Assembly: GCA_963777955.1 (NCBI GenBank) | Contig: CAVZSQ010000019.1 | Span: 96,001-160,000 of the forward strand | Origin: Calditrichia bacterium | GTDB lineage: Bacteria > Calditrichota > Calditrichia > JAJRVZ01 | Reading direction: 5' to 3' | DNA length: 64,000 nucleotides | Part shown: in pieces, positions 33,941 to 43,334 of the stretch | Position numbering within the stretch: position 1 is the stretch's first letter | Layout: each line of letters begins with the position of its first letter | Notes under the pieces: generated by a model | Seen by the model: only the letters and a program-made list of their open reading frames with translations | Told to the model about the DNA's origin: nothing | The model's database searches: none | Program-made: the position numbers and the translations under genes

Positions 33941-34260
33941 TTAATTTTGATCACTAGTTAAAAAAGGAACAGCCTCTTTAAAGAATTATCCGGTGCTTCA
34001 ACAAAAGCCCAGTGACCACAGTTTTTCAGAACAACTAACCTGGAATTGACTATACCTTTCTGCAGCAAATCTGAACCAATACTTGATAAAAGGGAAGCAT
34101 CACGTCAGGGCCAACCGCAATGAGGGTTGGAACCTTTATATTCCCAAGATCATCTCTGATGTCATAAGTAGTATATTCATGCTGTTCAAAATATTGTGGT
34201 GGCTTGGCTGATACGATGATATGGTCCAATATCTTATCGAAATTTTCTACTGCATTTGAA
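33941..34260 (-). pseudogene. C-terminal fragment of an alpha/beta hydrolase
   Basis: YDIRDDLGNIKVPTLIAVG, then in a shifted frame SRLVVLKNCGHWAFVEAPD followed by a stop; no N-terminus. Confidence 0.65.
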
Positions 34261-34328
34261 TAATTGTTTCAAATGAAAAAACCGATGATCAATGCATCGA
34301 GTCGCTGAGTATTGCAGCGACTGGCTCT

Positions 34329-34401
34329 CCGCAACTCAAGAGTTGCGGCTACCAATCAGTAATCACCAGAATAAACTGCGTAACCTAAAGGTTACGACTA
34401 C
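34329..34401 (-). repeat. Two GTAG-type REP palindromes
   Basis: Minus strand GTAG-CCGCAACTCttGAGTTGCGG and GTAG-TCGTAACCTttAGGTTACG. Confidence 0.75.
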
Positions 34402-34478
34402 CAAATTATTTTGACCTCGAAGGTGATCTTTTGCCTCTGTGCCTTTTGCCCTATTTCTTTAATCTTTAATCTTATTTC

Positions 34479-35157
34479 TTATCCACTCCTCGGCCCAAAC
34501 AAAATCGTCCCCAATCTGATCATATTAGCCCCTTCTTCGATGGCGATTTTGATAACTGTCGCTCATACCCATGGATAGATATCGCATCTGCACTTGCGGA
34601 TGATTGATCCTGGCTAACTGTTCAAAAATTAATCGCGTCTCTTTGAAACAGGGCCGCAAGGCTGCGGGATCGTCCAGGAACGGTCCCATGGTCATCAGTC
34701 CCTGTATTTGCAAATTTGGCAGCGGGAGAATCTGTTCGACAACCTCCTGCACTTTCTCTGGAAACAACCCGGTTTTATTTTCTTCACGGCCGCTGTTTAT
34801 TTCAATTAATACCGGCATTTTTATTTTTGCTGCGGCACATTCTGCGTTTAACGCTTCCGCCAGCACTAACGAATCCAGCGTTTGGATCATATCAAACAAG
34901 CGCACAGCTTTCTTAATTTTGTTTTTCTGCAGATGTCCGATCAGGTGCCATTGTACTTCCCGACCGATCACATTCTGCCTTTGCTCCGTTTCCTGTACAT
35001 AATTATATCCAAGGATCTTAATGCCGGCTTTAATAGCCGCCTGCACTTCTTCCACTGTTCTGGTCTTGGCCGCTGCGACCAGAATTACTCCGGCCGGAAG
35101 TGACTTGATAATACCTTCAATTCGGGTTTCGATATTTACATGATTCGAATTCATCAT
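34479..35157 (-). CDS. yggS: YggS/PLPBP pyridoxal phosphate homeostasis protein (frameshift ~34550)
   Basis: LVAAAKT, NYVQE, WHLIGHLQKNK, GLMTM, LSMGMS; shifted tail AIEEGANMIRLGTILFG. Confidence 0.93.
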
Positions 35158-35244
35158 TATTATTTTAAAATTAATTTCTTTAATAGTATAACCGTCATGT
35201 TACAATATATCAATATTTTTCTCGAATTGATTTCTACAAATTGG

Positions 35245-35315
35245 CCGCAACTCAAGAGTTGCGGCTACCAATACGTTACTTCCATATTTCCCCGCGATCT
35301 GATGATCGCGGCTAC
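35245..35315 (-). repeat. Two GTAG-type REP palindromes
   Basis: Copy at 35245 is identical over 28 nt to the one at 34329; second is GTAG-CCGCGATCatcaGATCGCGG. Confidence 0.75.
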
Positions 35316-35419
35316 CAATTTTGTTGCGCTCCGGCATTATGAAACTTCTTTGGGGACTCTTTTCCCCTTACCCTTTGCCCCTTACCCTTATCCCTTTGTC
35401 CCTTTGTCCCTCTTTAATA

Positions 35420-35448
35420 TTGACTACAGAAACAGGTGTGGTTAAATT
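35420..35448 (+). promoter_or_regulatory. sigma70-type promoter for tRNA-Ala/SRP RNA
   Basis: TTGACT-N17-TAAATT ending 12 nt upstream of the tRNA. Confidence 0.65.
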
Positions 35449-35460
35449 GATATTACTAAC

Positions 35461-35536
35461 GGGGCTGTAGCTCAGCTGGGAGAGCGGTACGTTCGCAACG
35501 TACAGGTCAGCGGTTCGATCCCGCTCAGCTCCACCA
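35461..35536 (+). tRNA. tRNA-Ala (anticodon CGC)
   Basis: GGGGCTG acceptor stem with G3:U70, anticodon arm GTACG-TTCGCAA-CGTAC, GTTCGA T-loop, encoded CCA; 76 nt. Confidence 0.97.
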
Positions 35537-35631
35537 GCCAGGTCCCACGCAATAATACTTCACCCAACCCCGCCAGGTCCGGAAGGAAGCAACGGTCAGT
35601 GAATGCATTATGTGCCGTGGGTTAACCTGGC
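35537..35631 (+). ncRNA. ffs: Signal recognition particle RNA (small bacterial 4.5S type)
   Basis: CAGGTCCGGAAGGAAGCA domain IV motif; terminal helix GCCAGG...CCTGGC followed by a T-run; upstream of dnaX. Confidence 0.93.
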
Positions 35632-35777
35632 TTTTTATTTACCATAAATTTATAAAGATATTAATGAAATTTTTTGTATATTTCTACAATATGAAAAACA
35701 TGCAAACTGACAACAGCAAAATGAAGCGATTCTTTTGTCTTTTGTCTTTTGTCTTTAATCTTTAATCTTAACTTGAT

Positions 35778-37412
35778 ATGACCTACATAGTTTTAGCGCG
35801 CCGCTGGCGTCCACAGCAATTCAACGAACTCATCGGTCAGGAACATGTTTCCAAAACGCTGGCCAATGCCATTGAAACCGGCCGTATTGCTCATTCTTAT
35901 ATCTTTGCCGGACCGCGCGGTATCGGGAAAACCACCACCGCCCGCATCCTGGCCAAAGCCCTGAACTGTGAAAAGGGGCCGACTCCCACTCCGTGCGACG
36001 CTTGCAGTCCCTGCCAGTCTATTATCAAAGGAAATTCACTGGATGTGCTGGAAATCGACGGCGCCTCCAATCGCGGTATAGATGAAATACGAAACCTGCG
36101 CGAGAATATACGTTTCACCCCCAGCCAGGGCAAATACCGGATTTATATAATCGATGAAGTGCACATGCTGACCAAGGAAGCGTTTAATGCCCTGCTTAAA
36201 ACGCTGGAAGAACCACCCAAACATGCCATTTTTATTTTTGCCACGACCGAAATCTTCCGTGTACCGGCTACCATCCTGTCACGCTGTCAGCGCTTTGATT
36301 TTAAACGCATTGCCATAAACACCATAATTGATCAATTGCAACGTATTTGCGCTGCAGAAAATATCCAGGTCGAAGCCGACGCTTTGTTACAAATTGCCAA
36401 AAAGGCCGATGGCTCGATGCGCGATGCGCAGAGTATTCTGGATCAGATCATCTCCTATTCCGGTGAACAGATCAGCAGCGCCCAGGTCAGTACCGCCCTG
36501 GGAATTATTAACCAGGAACTCTATTTCAAGTTCACCGAGAAAATACGCCAGCGCGATATCAATGCCCTGCTGCTGCTTTGCCAGCAGGTCAATAGCGAAG
36601 GGTATGATCTGGGAGAATTCCTGGCCGGCTTCGAAGAACACTTTCGTAATTTGCTGGTTGCCAAATCGCTGCGCAGTATGGAACTGATCCACGTAGCCGA
36701 GCATTATCACCAGCAATATCTGCAGGAAAGCCAGAATTTTGATATTTCCGATCTGTTGATGTATTTACAGATTATCGCTGAAATGCAGAAAGATCTCAAA
36801 TGGACTATACAACCGTACCTGAAATTCGAATTAGGTATGCTCAAGATGGCTCAATCACCATCTACCCTGGACATAGAAAAACTGCTGGATAAATTAAATC
36901 TGCTCAAAAAAAAAGCTGATCCACCCAAATCTGCTGGCCACAATGTATCCCCAACCACGGTTTCGGTCCCGGTCCCCCCTGCTGGGCTGAAAGCGGAGGA
37001 ACCTGTCTCTTTTAATTTTTCGTTGGCCGGTATTCAACAGGTCTGGCCGCAATTGGTCGACAAATTTCGCCTGACCAAGGTGAATTTAGGGACTGCCCTG
37101 GAATTCGGTACACCGGATAAGCTGGAGGATTCAATTCTGACGGTACGCTATGACCGTATCGATTCCTTTCACCATACCTGGTTAAATAAGAACAAGAAGC
37201 ATGTGGAAGATGCGCTGGGCAATATTTTTAAACAATCTGTCCATATCGAAACCCAGCTGCAGAATAATCCTGAAGCACAACCCAGAAAATCTGCGACGGC
37301 GATAAACGAAGATAAAAAAGATCTGCATAAGTTGATGAAAGAAGACGAGTTGCTGAATAAATTGATCAATGATCTGGGACTCGAACTAACCCGGGGAGGA
37401 AATAATTCGTGA
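35778..37412 (+). CDS. dnaX: DNA polymerase III subunit gamma/tau
   Basis: LARRWRPQQF, GPRGIGKTT, zinc Cys cluster, IIDEVHML, SRCQ. Confidence 0.97.
   Translation: MTYIVLARRWRPQQFNELIGQEHVSKTLANAIETGRIAHSYIFAGPRGIGKTTTARILAKALNCEKGPTPTPCDACSPCQSIIKGNSLDVLEIDGASNRGIDEIRNLRENIRFTPSQGKYRIYIIDEVHMLTKEAFNALLKTLEEPPKHAIFIFATTEIFRVPATILSRCQRFDFKRIAINTIIDQLQRICAAENIQVEADALLQIAKKADGSMRDAQSILDQIISYSGEQISSAQVSTALGIINQELYFKFTEKIRQRDINALLLLCQQVNSEGYDLGEFLAGFEEHFRNLLVAKSLRSMELIHVAEHYHQQYLQESQNFDISDLLMYLQIIAEMQKDLKWTIQPYLKFELGMLKMAQSPSTLDIEKLLDKLNLLKKKADPPKSAGHNVSPTTVSVPVPPAGLKAEEPVSFNFSLAGIQQVWPQLVDKFRLTKVNLGTALEFGTPDKLEDSILTVRYDRIDSFHHTWLNKNKKHVEDALGNIFKQSVHIETQLQNNPEAQPRKSATAINEDKKDLHKLMKEDELLNKLINDLGLELTRGGNNS
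36906..36919 (+). other. Putative programmed frameshift/slippage site in dnaX
   Basis: A9 run (36906-36914) followed by GC TGA, a stop in the -1 frame, at the end of domain III. Confidence 0.7.
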
Positions 37413-37750
37413 AACCAAATATGAGCGCGATCTTGAAACAGGCCCAGAAAGTCCAGGAAGAAATGCAGAAGGCACAGGAGAATCTTGAAAATATTACAGT
37501 CGAAGGCAGCGCCGGCGGAGGCATGGTCAAGGTTGTGATCAATTGTAAATATCGCATTCAATCAATCAGCATCGATCCGGAAGTAATCAAGGTTGACGAT
37601 AAAGAAATGCTGGAGGATCTGGTTGTAGCCGCCGTTAATCAGGCCATTTCCATAGCCCAGCAAAAATCCAATGAAGAAATGGAAAAAATCACCGGCGGTC
37701 TGCTGGGGGGAATGAATTTACCGGGTGGTATGAAATTTCCGGGATTATAA
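37409..37750 (+). CDS. ybaB: YbaB/EbfC nucleoid-associated protein
   Basis: KQAQKVQ, GSAGGGMVKV and EDLVVAAVN motifs; dnaX-ybaB-recR synteny. Confidence 0.95.
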   Translation: MKPNMSAILKQAQKVQEEMQKAQENLENITVEGSAGGGMVKVVINCKYRIQSISIDPEVIKVDDKEMLEDLVVAAVNQAISIAQQKSNEEMEKITGGLLGGMNLPGGMKFPGL

Positions 37751-37754
37751 AGTT

Positions 37755-38357
37755 ATGGCCAACACCATTTCCCCTGCCCTGGAAAATCTGATTAATCAAT
37801 TACATCAGTTGCCCGGAATTGGCCGTAAAACGGCACAACGCCTGGCTATATTTCTTTTACGCAGCCCGCAAGAATACAGTTATGAGCTGGCCACAGCTAT
37901 CACCCGCGTAAAAAAAGAGATTAAGTTTTGTGGAACATGTTTTAATATCACCGAAACTGAATTATGCAGTATCTGCTCCGATCCCCGGCGTGAGACCTCC
38001 ACCATTTGTGTGGTGGAAGATATTGTTGACATCATGGCTATTGAAAAGAGTAATGAATATCGCGGACAGTATCATGTCCTGGGGGGTGTGATTTCTCCGC
38101 TGGCCGGTATTTCGGCCGAAGATTTGAAGATCAGGGAATTGCTGCGGCGGACCGACAACGAGTCCGTCAAAGAAATCGTACTGGCCCTCAATCCCAGTAC
38201 CGAGGGCGAAGCGACCATGATTTATTTATCCAAACTGCTGAAACCCCTTGGCAAAACTATAACCCGCATTGCCTCCGGTATCCCGCTGGGCTCCCACCTG
38301 GAATTCATCGACGATGCCACCATCGGCCGCGCAATTTTAAGTCGCCGCGAATTATAA
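37755..38357 (+). CDS. recR: Recombination mediator RecR
   Basis: LPGIGRKTAQR HhH, C4 zinc finger, YHVLGG, EGEAT Toprim motif. Confidence 0.97.
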   Translation: MANTISPALENLINQLHQLPGIGRKTAQRLAIFLLRSPQEYSYELATAITRVKKEIKFCGTCFNITETELCSICSDPRRETSTICVVEDIVDIMAIEKSNEYRGQYHVLGGVISPLAGISAEDLKIRELLRRTDNESVKEIVLALNPSTEGEATMIYLSKLLKPLGKTITRIASGIPLGSHLEFIDDATIGRAILSRREL

Positions 38358-39050
38358 GTTCACCGATTCTTCCACCGCTTTTTCAATTAAACGCTGAGAT
38401 TCATCTTCTCCCAGGAACCGGTCAATCAGATTATGTCCCAGGTAAATCAACGGTGTTAACAATACTGCGATTAAAAATTTGTAGGAATAATTGGTTGCTG
38501 CCACTGTAATGAAATCCTGCGTCTGTATCTTACCCGGCAGCCAGAAGGCGATGGCAATGATAACAAAACTATCGATAAATTGAGATACAGCCGTACTGCC
38601 GGTGGCCCGCAACCAGAGCATGCGTCCCTGTGTCTTCGCCCGGAATATCCAGAAAATAACCACATCAACCAGTTGACTGATCATGAAGGCGGTCAGACTG
38701 CCGACGATGATCCACAGCGATTGACCGAACACGGCTCTAAACTGTTCATTATTCACCGGAGAAAAATCCGCTGCCGGTATCTGGATAGCCACATAAAGCA
38801 GAGCAAAAGCATAAACAATCAGGATCGCGGTCAGGAAAGTCAGCCGGCGTACACCGTTGCGGCCGAAATATTCATTGATCAGATCGGTGGTGATAAATAC
38901 AACCGGCCAGGGAATTACTCCCATACTCATGGCAAATGGTCCCAGCTGGATAAGTTTCCCGCCGATCAATTCACCCAGGATGGCATTGGCCACAAAAATC
39001 CCACCCAGTACTATAAATACTATTTCACGTTTGGAAAAAGACTTTAGCAT
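38352..39050 (-). CDS. yhhQ: Queuosine precursor transporter (VUT/YhhQ family)
   Basis: TDLINEYFG, SQLVDV and WLRATGSTAVSQFIDS motifs. Confidence 0.9.
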   Translation of the reverse strand: MLKSFSKREIVFIVLGGIFVANAILGELIGGKLIQLGPFAMSMGVIPWPVVFITTDLINEYFGRNGVRRLTFLTAILIVYAFALLYVAIQIPAADFSPVNNEQFRAVFGQSLWIIVGSLTAFMISQLVDVVIFWIFRAKTQGRMLWLRATGSTAVSQFIDSFVIIAIAFWLPGKIQTQDFITVAATNYSYKFLIAVLLTPLIYLGHNLIDRFLGEDESQRLIEKAVEESVNL

Positions 39051-39175
39051 GTCTGTTTAAGTCCTACCGTTAAAACAATGGGAATATAAACATTTTTTTT
39101 ATTCATTAATTCCAATATTTTATTTTCATCAACTATTTACCTATCCCCTATTGGGCTTTTTTAAAAGTGTTGATT

Positions 39176-39274
39176 TGTCATTCCTCATCCCGATTCTTGG
39201 GATGAGGAATCATTTTTTTAAAATAAATATAGATTTTTCCTCGTCCGGCAACAACCGGACTCATCAGGATGACA
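39176..39274. repeat. TGTCA-type bipartite palindromic element (REP/MITE-like)
   Basis: TGTCATTCCTCATCCC..GGGATGAGGAATC, spacer, second hairpin, ending GGATGACA. Confidence 0.65.
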
Positions 39275-39298
39275 CTTTGGGTACAGATTCTGAGGAGA

Positions 39299-40332
39299 CT
39301 AAAATAAGAAGCAATTTATTTCGTAACTGAGTTCTGATAAATAATATACCAGTGCCGACATGGCCGCCGAAGCCGGTATAGTCAATATCCAGGCGGTTAC
39401 TATTTTACCGGCTATACCCCAGCGTACAGCCGAAAGCCGGCGGGTTGCCCCGACCCCCATGATTGCCCCGGCAATGGTATGGGTAGTACTGACCGGAATA
39501 CCAAATAGTGCAGTACCCAGTAATACTATCGAACCGCCGGTTTCAGCACAAAAACCACCGATGGGTTTTAAATGGGTTAATTTCACCCAAGCGTATGAAT
39601 GACCCGCCAGCCGCCAGTGAGCGTTCCCAGACCGATAGCCGAATAGGCCGCCATTACCACCCACCAGGGAATATAGAAACCGAGCGATTTGTCATAGAAC
39701 CACTTGGGCAGATCGATATTACTGGAGAACAATAAAATTGCAATAATGCCCATTGTTTTCTGGGCATCATTAGTACCATGCCCCAGACTGTAGCATGCCG
39801 AAGAGAATAACTGGCCGATCCGGAAGACACGGTCAACCTTGCGGTTCGTCCAGGAACGGAAAATCCACATTACCGCAATCATTAATATAAAAGATATAAT
39901 CAGGCCGACTAGCAGGTGATAAAACATATAAATATCGATACTTTTAACAATCCTGTCCAGATCAGAGACTCTGTTCCTGCTTTTACCAGTGCGGCTCCCA
40001 CCAAGCCACCGATTAAAGAATGGGATACACTGATTGGCAAACCATAATGGGTGCACAGATATGTCCAGATGATTGCTCCGAAACAATGCGGCAAAAATTA
40101 ATTGTTGGTTGACGATACTCGGATCAATAATTCCCTTACCGATGGTCGTGGCCACGGCTAAACCAAAAATAAAAGCCGCCGCAAAATTAAAGAAAGCAGC
40201 CCACAAAACAGCCAGGCGCGGAGTAAGTACACGGGTAGAAACAACAGTGGCAATGGCATTGGCGGCATCATTCATGCCATTTAAAAAATCAAAGAGTAAT
40301 GCAACCAGGACAAGGATCAGGATTATTGCCAT
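39299..40332 (-). CDS. pit: PiT-family inorganic phosphate transporter, downstream copy (about three frameshifts)
   Basis: NGMNDAANAIAT, GLPISVSH, HGTNDAQKTMG and PVSTTH motifs over ORFs 39583..40332, 39909..40094 and 39299..39664. Confidence 0.88.
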
Positions 40333-40432
40333 GATTCTTTCTCCTGCAATTCCCGAGTGTGAGTTTAGTCGTGGTATTAGTAAATTCCTGCTTAATATTC
40401 CTGTTAAAAAATTATTCGGTGGTTACCAGTTA

Positions 40433-40486
40433 ATTATAGCAATACCTGGTTAAAGATATGTTAAGATTATGTTAAGATTTTGTGAA
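40433..40486 (-). promoter_or_regulatory. Pho-box-like array (4 x 11-bp repeats) plus TATAAT -10 upstream of the downstream pit
   Basis: Minus strand TTCACA-aaatc-TTAACA-taatc-TTAACA-tatct-TTAACC, then 9 nt, then TATAAT. Confidence 0.75.
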
Positions 40487-40605
40487 ATTAATGATCCATC
40501 CCCCTGATCCCTTTCCCCGGTGCCCCATACGCTTGTGCAGAGTATTACAGATGCAAGTCGAAAGAATAAAGCCAGGGGACTAATGGAGGAATGGTTCGGA
40601 TGAAT

Positions 40606-41623
40606 CTTATTTACGTAAAATAGTTCTGTTATGTAATAAATTAGCGCAGCAAAAGCGGCAGAAACAGGCAGTGTTAATACCCAGGCGGCTACAATTTTGC
40701 CGGCAATTCCCCAGCGGACTGCTGATAAACGGCGGGTAGCCCCGACACCCATAATGGCCCCGGCAATGGTGTGCGTGGTACTGACGGGAATTCCCATTAA
40801 TGCAGTACTGATCAGGACGATTGACCCCCCGGTCTCGGCGCAGAATCCGCCCATCGGTTTAAGATGAGTCAACTTCATGCCCATGGTACGGATGACATTC
40901 CATCCCCCCAGTCATGGTTCCCAGACTGATCGCGCCGTAGGCGGTTAAAATGACCCAAATGGGGATATAAAATCCCTGTGACTTGTCATACATCCACGGG
41001 GGTATATCGACCGTGCTGGTAAACATCAGGATAACCATGATACCCATTGTTTTCTGGGCGTCGTTCGTTCCATGTCCAAGACTGTACAAAGCCGATGAGA
41101 CCAACTGGCCAATCCTGAAAACATGGTCGACCTTTTTATTTGACCAATCCCTGAACAACCAATTCACCATTATCATCAACAGTAAGGCCAGCACCAGGCC
41201 GAGTGCCGGTGATAAGAAAATAAAAATGACTGTTTTATATATACCGCTCATAATCAGGGATTCACTGCCAGTTTTTATCAGAGCAGCCCCGATTAAGCCC
41301 CCGATCAGCGCATGAGATACGCTGATCGGCATACCGTACTGCGTGCATAGATGCGTCCAGATTATAGCACTGAGCAGCGCCGAAAAAATCAGGGTATTGG
41401 AAACCACTTTAGGGTCGACGATTCCTTTACCGATTGTAGTGGCCACGGCATATCCGAATAAAAAGGCCGCAATAAAATTGAACATGGCTGACCACAGCAC
41501 GGCCTTTTTAGGCGTTAATACTCTGGTCGATACGACCGTGGCAATCGCATTGGCGGCATCATTCATACCATTAAGAAAATTAAACAGCAGGGCTATAAAG
41601 AGAAGGATCAGGATGATAGTCAT
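40606..41623 (-). CDS. pit: PiT-family inorganic phosphate transporter, upstream copy (frameshift ~40900; 3' end approximate)
   Basis: Same PiT signature motifs in ORFs 40859..41623 and 40450..40884; similarity to the paralogue ends near 40610. Confidence 0.88.
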
Positions 41624-41650
41624 ACTTTTCCCGGAACCAGTACCGATACC

Positions 41651-42298
41651 TCAGGCATTTTTAATCAAGATTGATTCAAGAACGTTTGATGCATCTTCAC
41701 ACTTGTCGGTTGCAGTTTCCAGACTGACGTATATCTCCTTTAATTTAATGAGCGTGATTGGATCGGTAACTTTATTGAATAAATCAGCAATAGCCCGGTC
41801 AAATATCTGGTCAGCCTGGTCTTCGTAGTCATTCACCCGTTTTAATACTTCAGTAAAAGATTCAAGATCATGTAAATCCCTCAACAATTTGACTCCCTTA
41901 GCCAGCTCGATGATTGACTTGCAGATAACATCTATCAGTGCAACCATGTTGCCCGGAATATGATCGACATGGTACAAGGAAAACCGGCCGGTGCTGGAAT
42001 TGATATAATCAAGCACATCATCCAGCGCGGAAGCCAGGTAATGGATGTCCTCCCGGTCGAACGGGGTTACAAAAGTAATATTGAGTTCATGGAATATCCG
42101 ATGGGTGATGGAATCGCCCTTGTGCTCCAGGTCTTTGATCTCCTCTACGATCGGTTCCAGTTCCTCCATATTCATCGTTGATGAAATTTTTTTCAGAACT
42201 TCCCCAACTTTAATCAGGTTTTGCGCAGATTCTTCCATCAACCGGTAAAACTTGTCGTCCTTGGGCATTAACTTTCTGATAAACTGGTCAATTTTCAT
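41651..42298 (-). CDS. DUF47 / PhoU-like PiT accessory protein
   Basis: LEHKGD, FVTPFDREDI, LETATDKCED; adjacent to pit. Confidence 0.92.
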   Translation of the reverse strand: MKIDQFIRKLMPKDDKFYRLMEESAQNLIKVGEVLKKISSTMNMEELEPIVEEIKDLEHKGDSITHRIFHELNITFVTPFDREDIHYLASALDDVLDYINSSTGRFSLYHVDHIPGNMVALIDVICKSIIELAKGVKLLRDLHDLESFTEVLKRVNDYEDQADQIFDRAIADLFNKVTDPITLIKLKEIYVSLETATDKCEDASNVLESILIKNA

Positions 42299-42403
42299 AA
42301 TTATTTAATTCTATTTAAGTTATATTTTTGGTTATCAACTTTCAGGCAAAATAAAGTTAATACAAAATATTTTAAAATACCAATGCATCTTTTCTTTTTC
42401 GAC

Positions 42404-43231
42404 TTAAAACTCGAAGCGGATACCCAGTTGTAAAATCCGGCCGCCGGATGCAGGATTCAGCGATACATTTCTCTTCGAATTGCGATGCAGTAACGGAATC
42501 ACATAACCAATAGTACTACCCACCAGCGCACCGGCCAGGATATCGGTCGGAAAATGTTTACCGCTCTCAAAACGCAGGAAACCTATGGTTGAAGCCACCA
42601 GCAGCGTACCGCTCCACAGATAAGGTTTCCATCTGGATTTGGGGAAATAATCACCGTACACGGTCGAAAGAAATACAGCTGTGGCAAAAGCAGTGGAAGT
42701 ATGACCTGAAAAAAATGAACGGCGGGCCTCTGCGCTGATCTTGTCCTGCCAGGGCGCCTGTGGATTATAAACATACGGCCGGATTCGCTGCACCCGGCCT
42801 TTCACCAGCCTGGGTAAAGCTGTTACCCATAGGGCGGTTTCCAGGGACATGATACCTACCGTGCGCCAGTCCTCCCGGATTTTCGTGGGGAGGAGTAATA
42901 GTAAACCCGCAGCACTGGTTACCTGCAGTCCGACCAGTACATCACTGATCTGTGAAATCGATTTTGAATAATTATAGGTAGCCGCTCTATCGAAAGCATT
43001 CACCTCGCGCCGGGATAGTGTGCTTATTTCCTGTTCGCTTAATGGATTTATGGAGTGCTCGGTCACTAAGGCACTGATGGCCAGGACACCACCGCTGCCG
43101 ATGATCCAGCCATCGGTGGACCAGCATGTCTGGTAAGGATTTTGTGCTGCACTTGGTAAGGCTATCCCCAGAATAATCGAACATCGCAACAATATTGTCT
43201 TTAGCCGGACCATGGGGGATATCGTGTACAT
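42404..43231 (-). CDS. PAP2-family phosphatase
   Basis: K..VQRIRP, SFFSGH and R..SGKHFPTD motifs. Confidence 0.88.
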   Translation of the reverse strand: MYTISPMVRLKTILLRCSIILGIALPSAAQNPYQTCWSTDGWIIGSGGVLAISALVTEHSINPLSEQEISTLSRREVNAFDRAATYNYSKSISQISDVLVGLQVTSAAGLLLLLPTKIREDWRTVGIMSLETALWVTALPRLVKGRVQRIRPYVYNPQAPWQDKISAEARRSFFSGHTSTAFATAVFLSTVYGDYFPKSRWKPYLWSGTLLVASTIGFLRFESGKHFPTDILAGALVGSTIGYVIPLLHRNSKRNVSLNPASGGRILQLGIRFEF

Positions 43232-43334
43232 CTTTTATTTTGCCGGGTTAATATCTTGTCGACACTTCAGTTGCAGAAAATTTAATGTTTCTTTCGAAAA
43301 TCCTGCAAACTCCGGGATGTTCAGATTTATCATT

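Noticed and set aside
35140..35445. 101-aa plus-strand ORF before the tRNA
   Set aside because: Made of REP palindromes and heptamer repeats and overlaps the tRNA promoter.
35461..35536. tRNA as integration site of a genomic island
   Set aside because: No duplicated tRNA 3' end or integrase was seen; the ffs-dnaX-ybaB-recR synteny follows directly.
38352..38357. recR and yhhQ 3' ends overlap on a TTATAA palindrome
   Set aside because: Real but a common convergent overlap with no evident extra function.
39051..39175. preQ1 riboswitch upstream of yhhQ
   Set aside because: No recognisable preQ1 stem-loop followed by an A-rich tail on the coding strand.
40450..40605. C-terminal extension of the upstream pit ORF
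   Set aside because: No counterpart in the paralogue and it runs over the Pho-box promoter; probably read-through from an indel.
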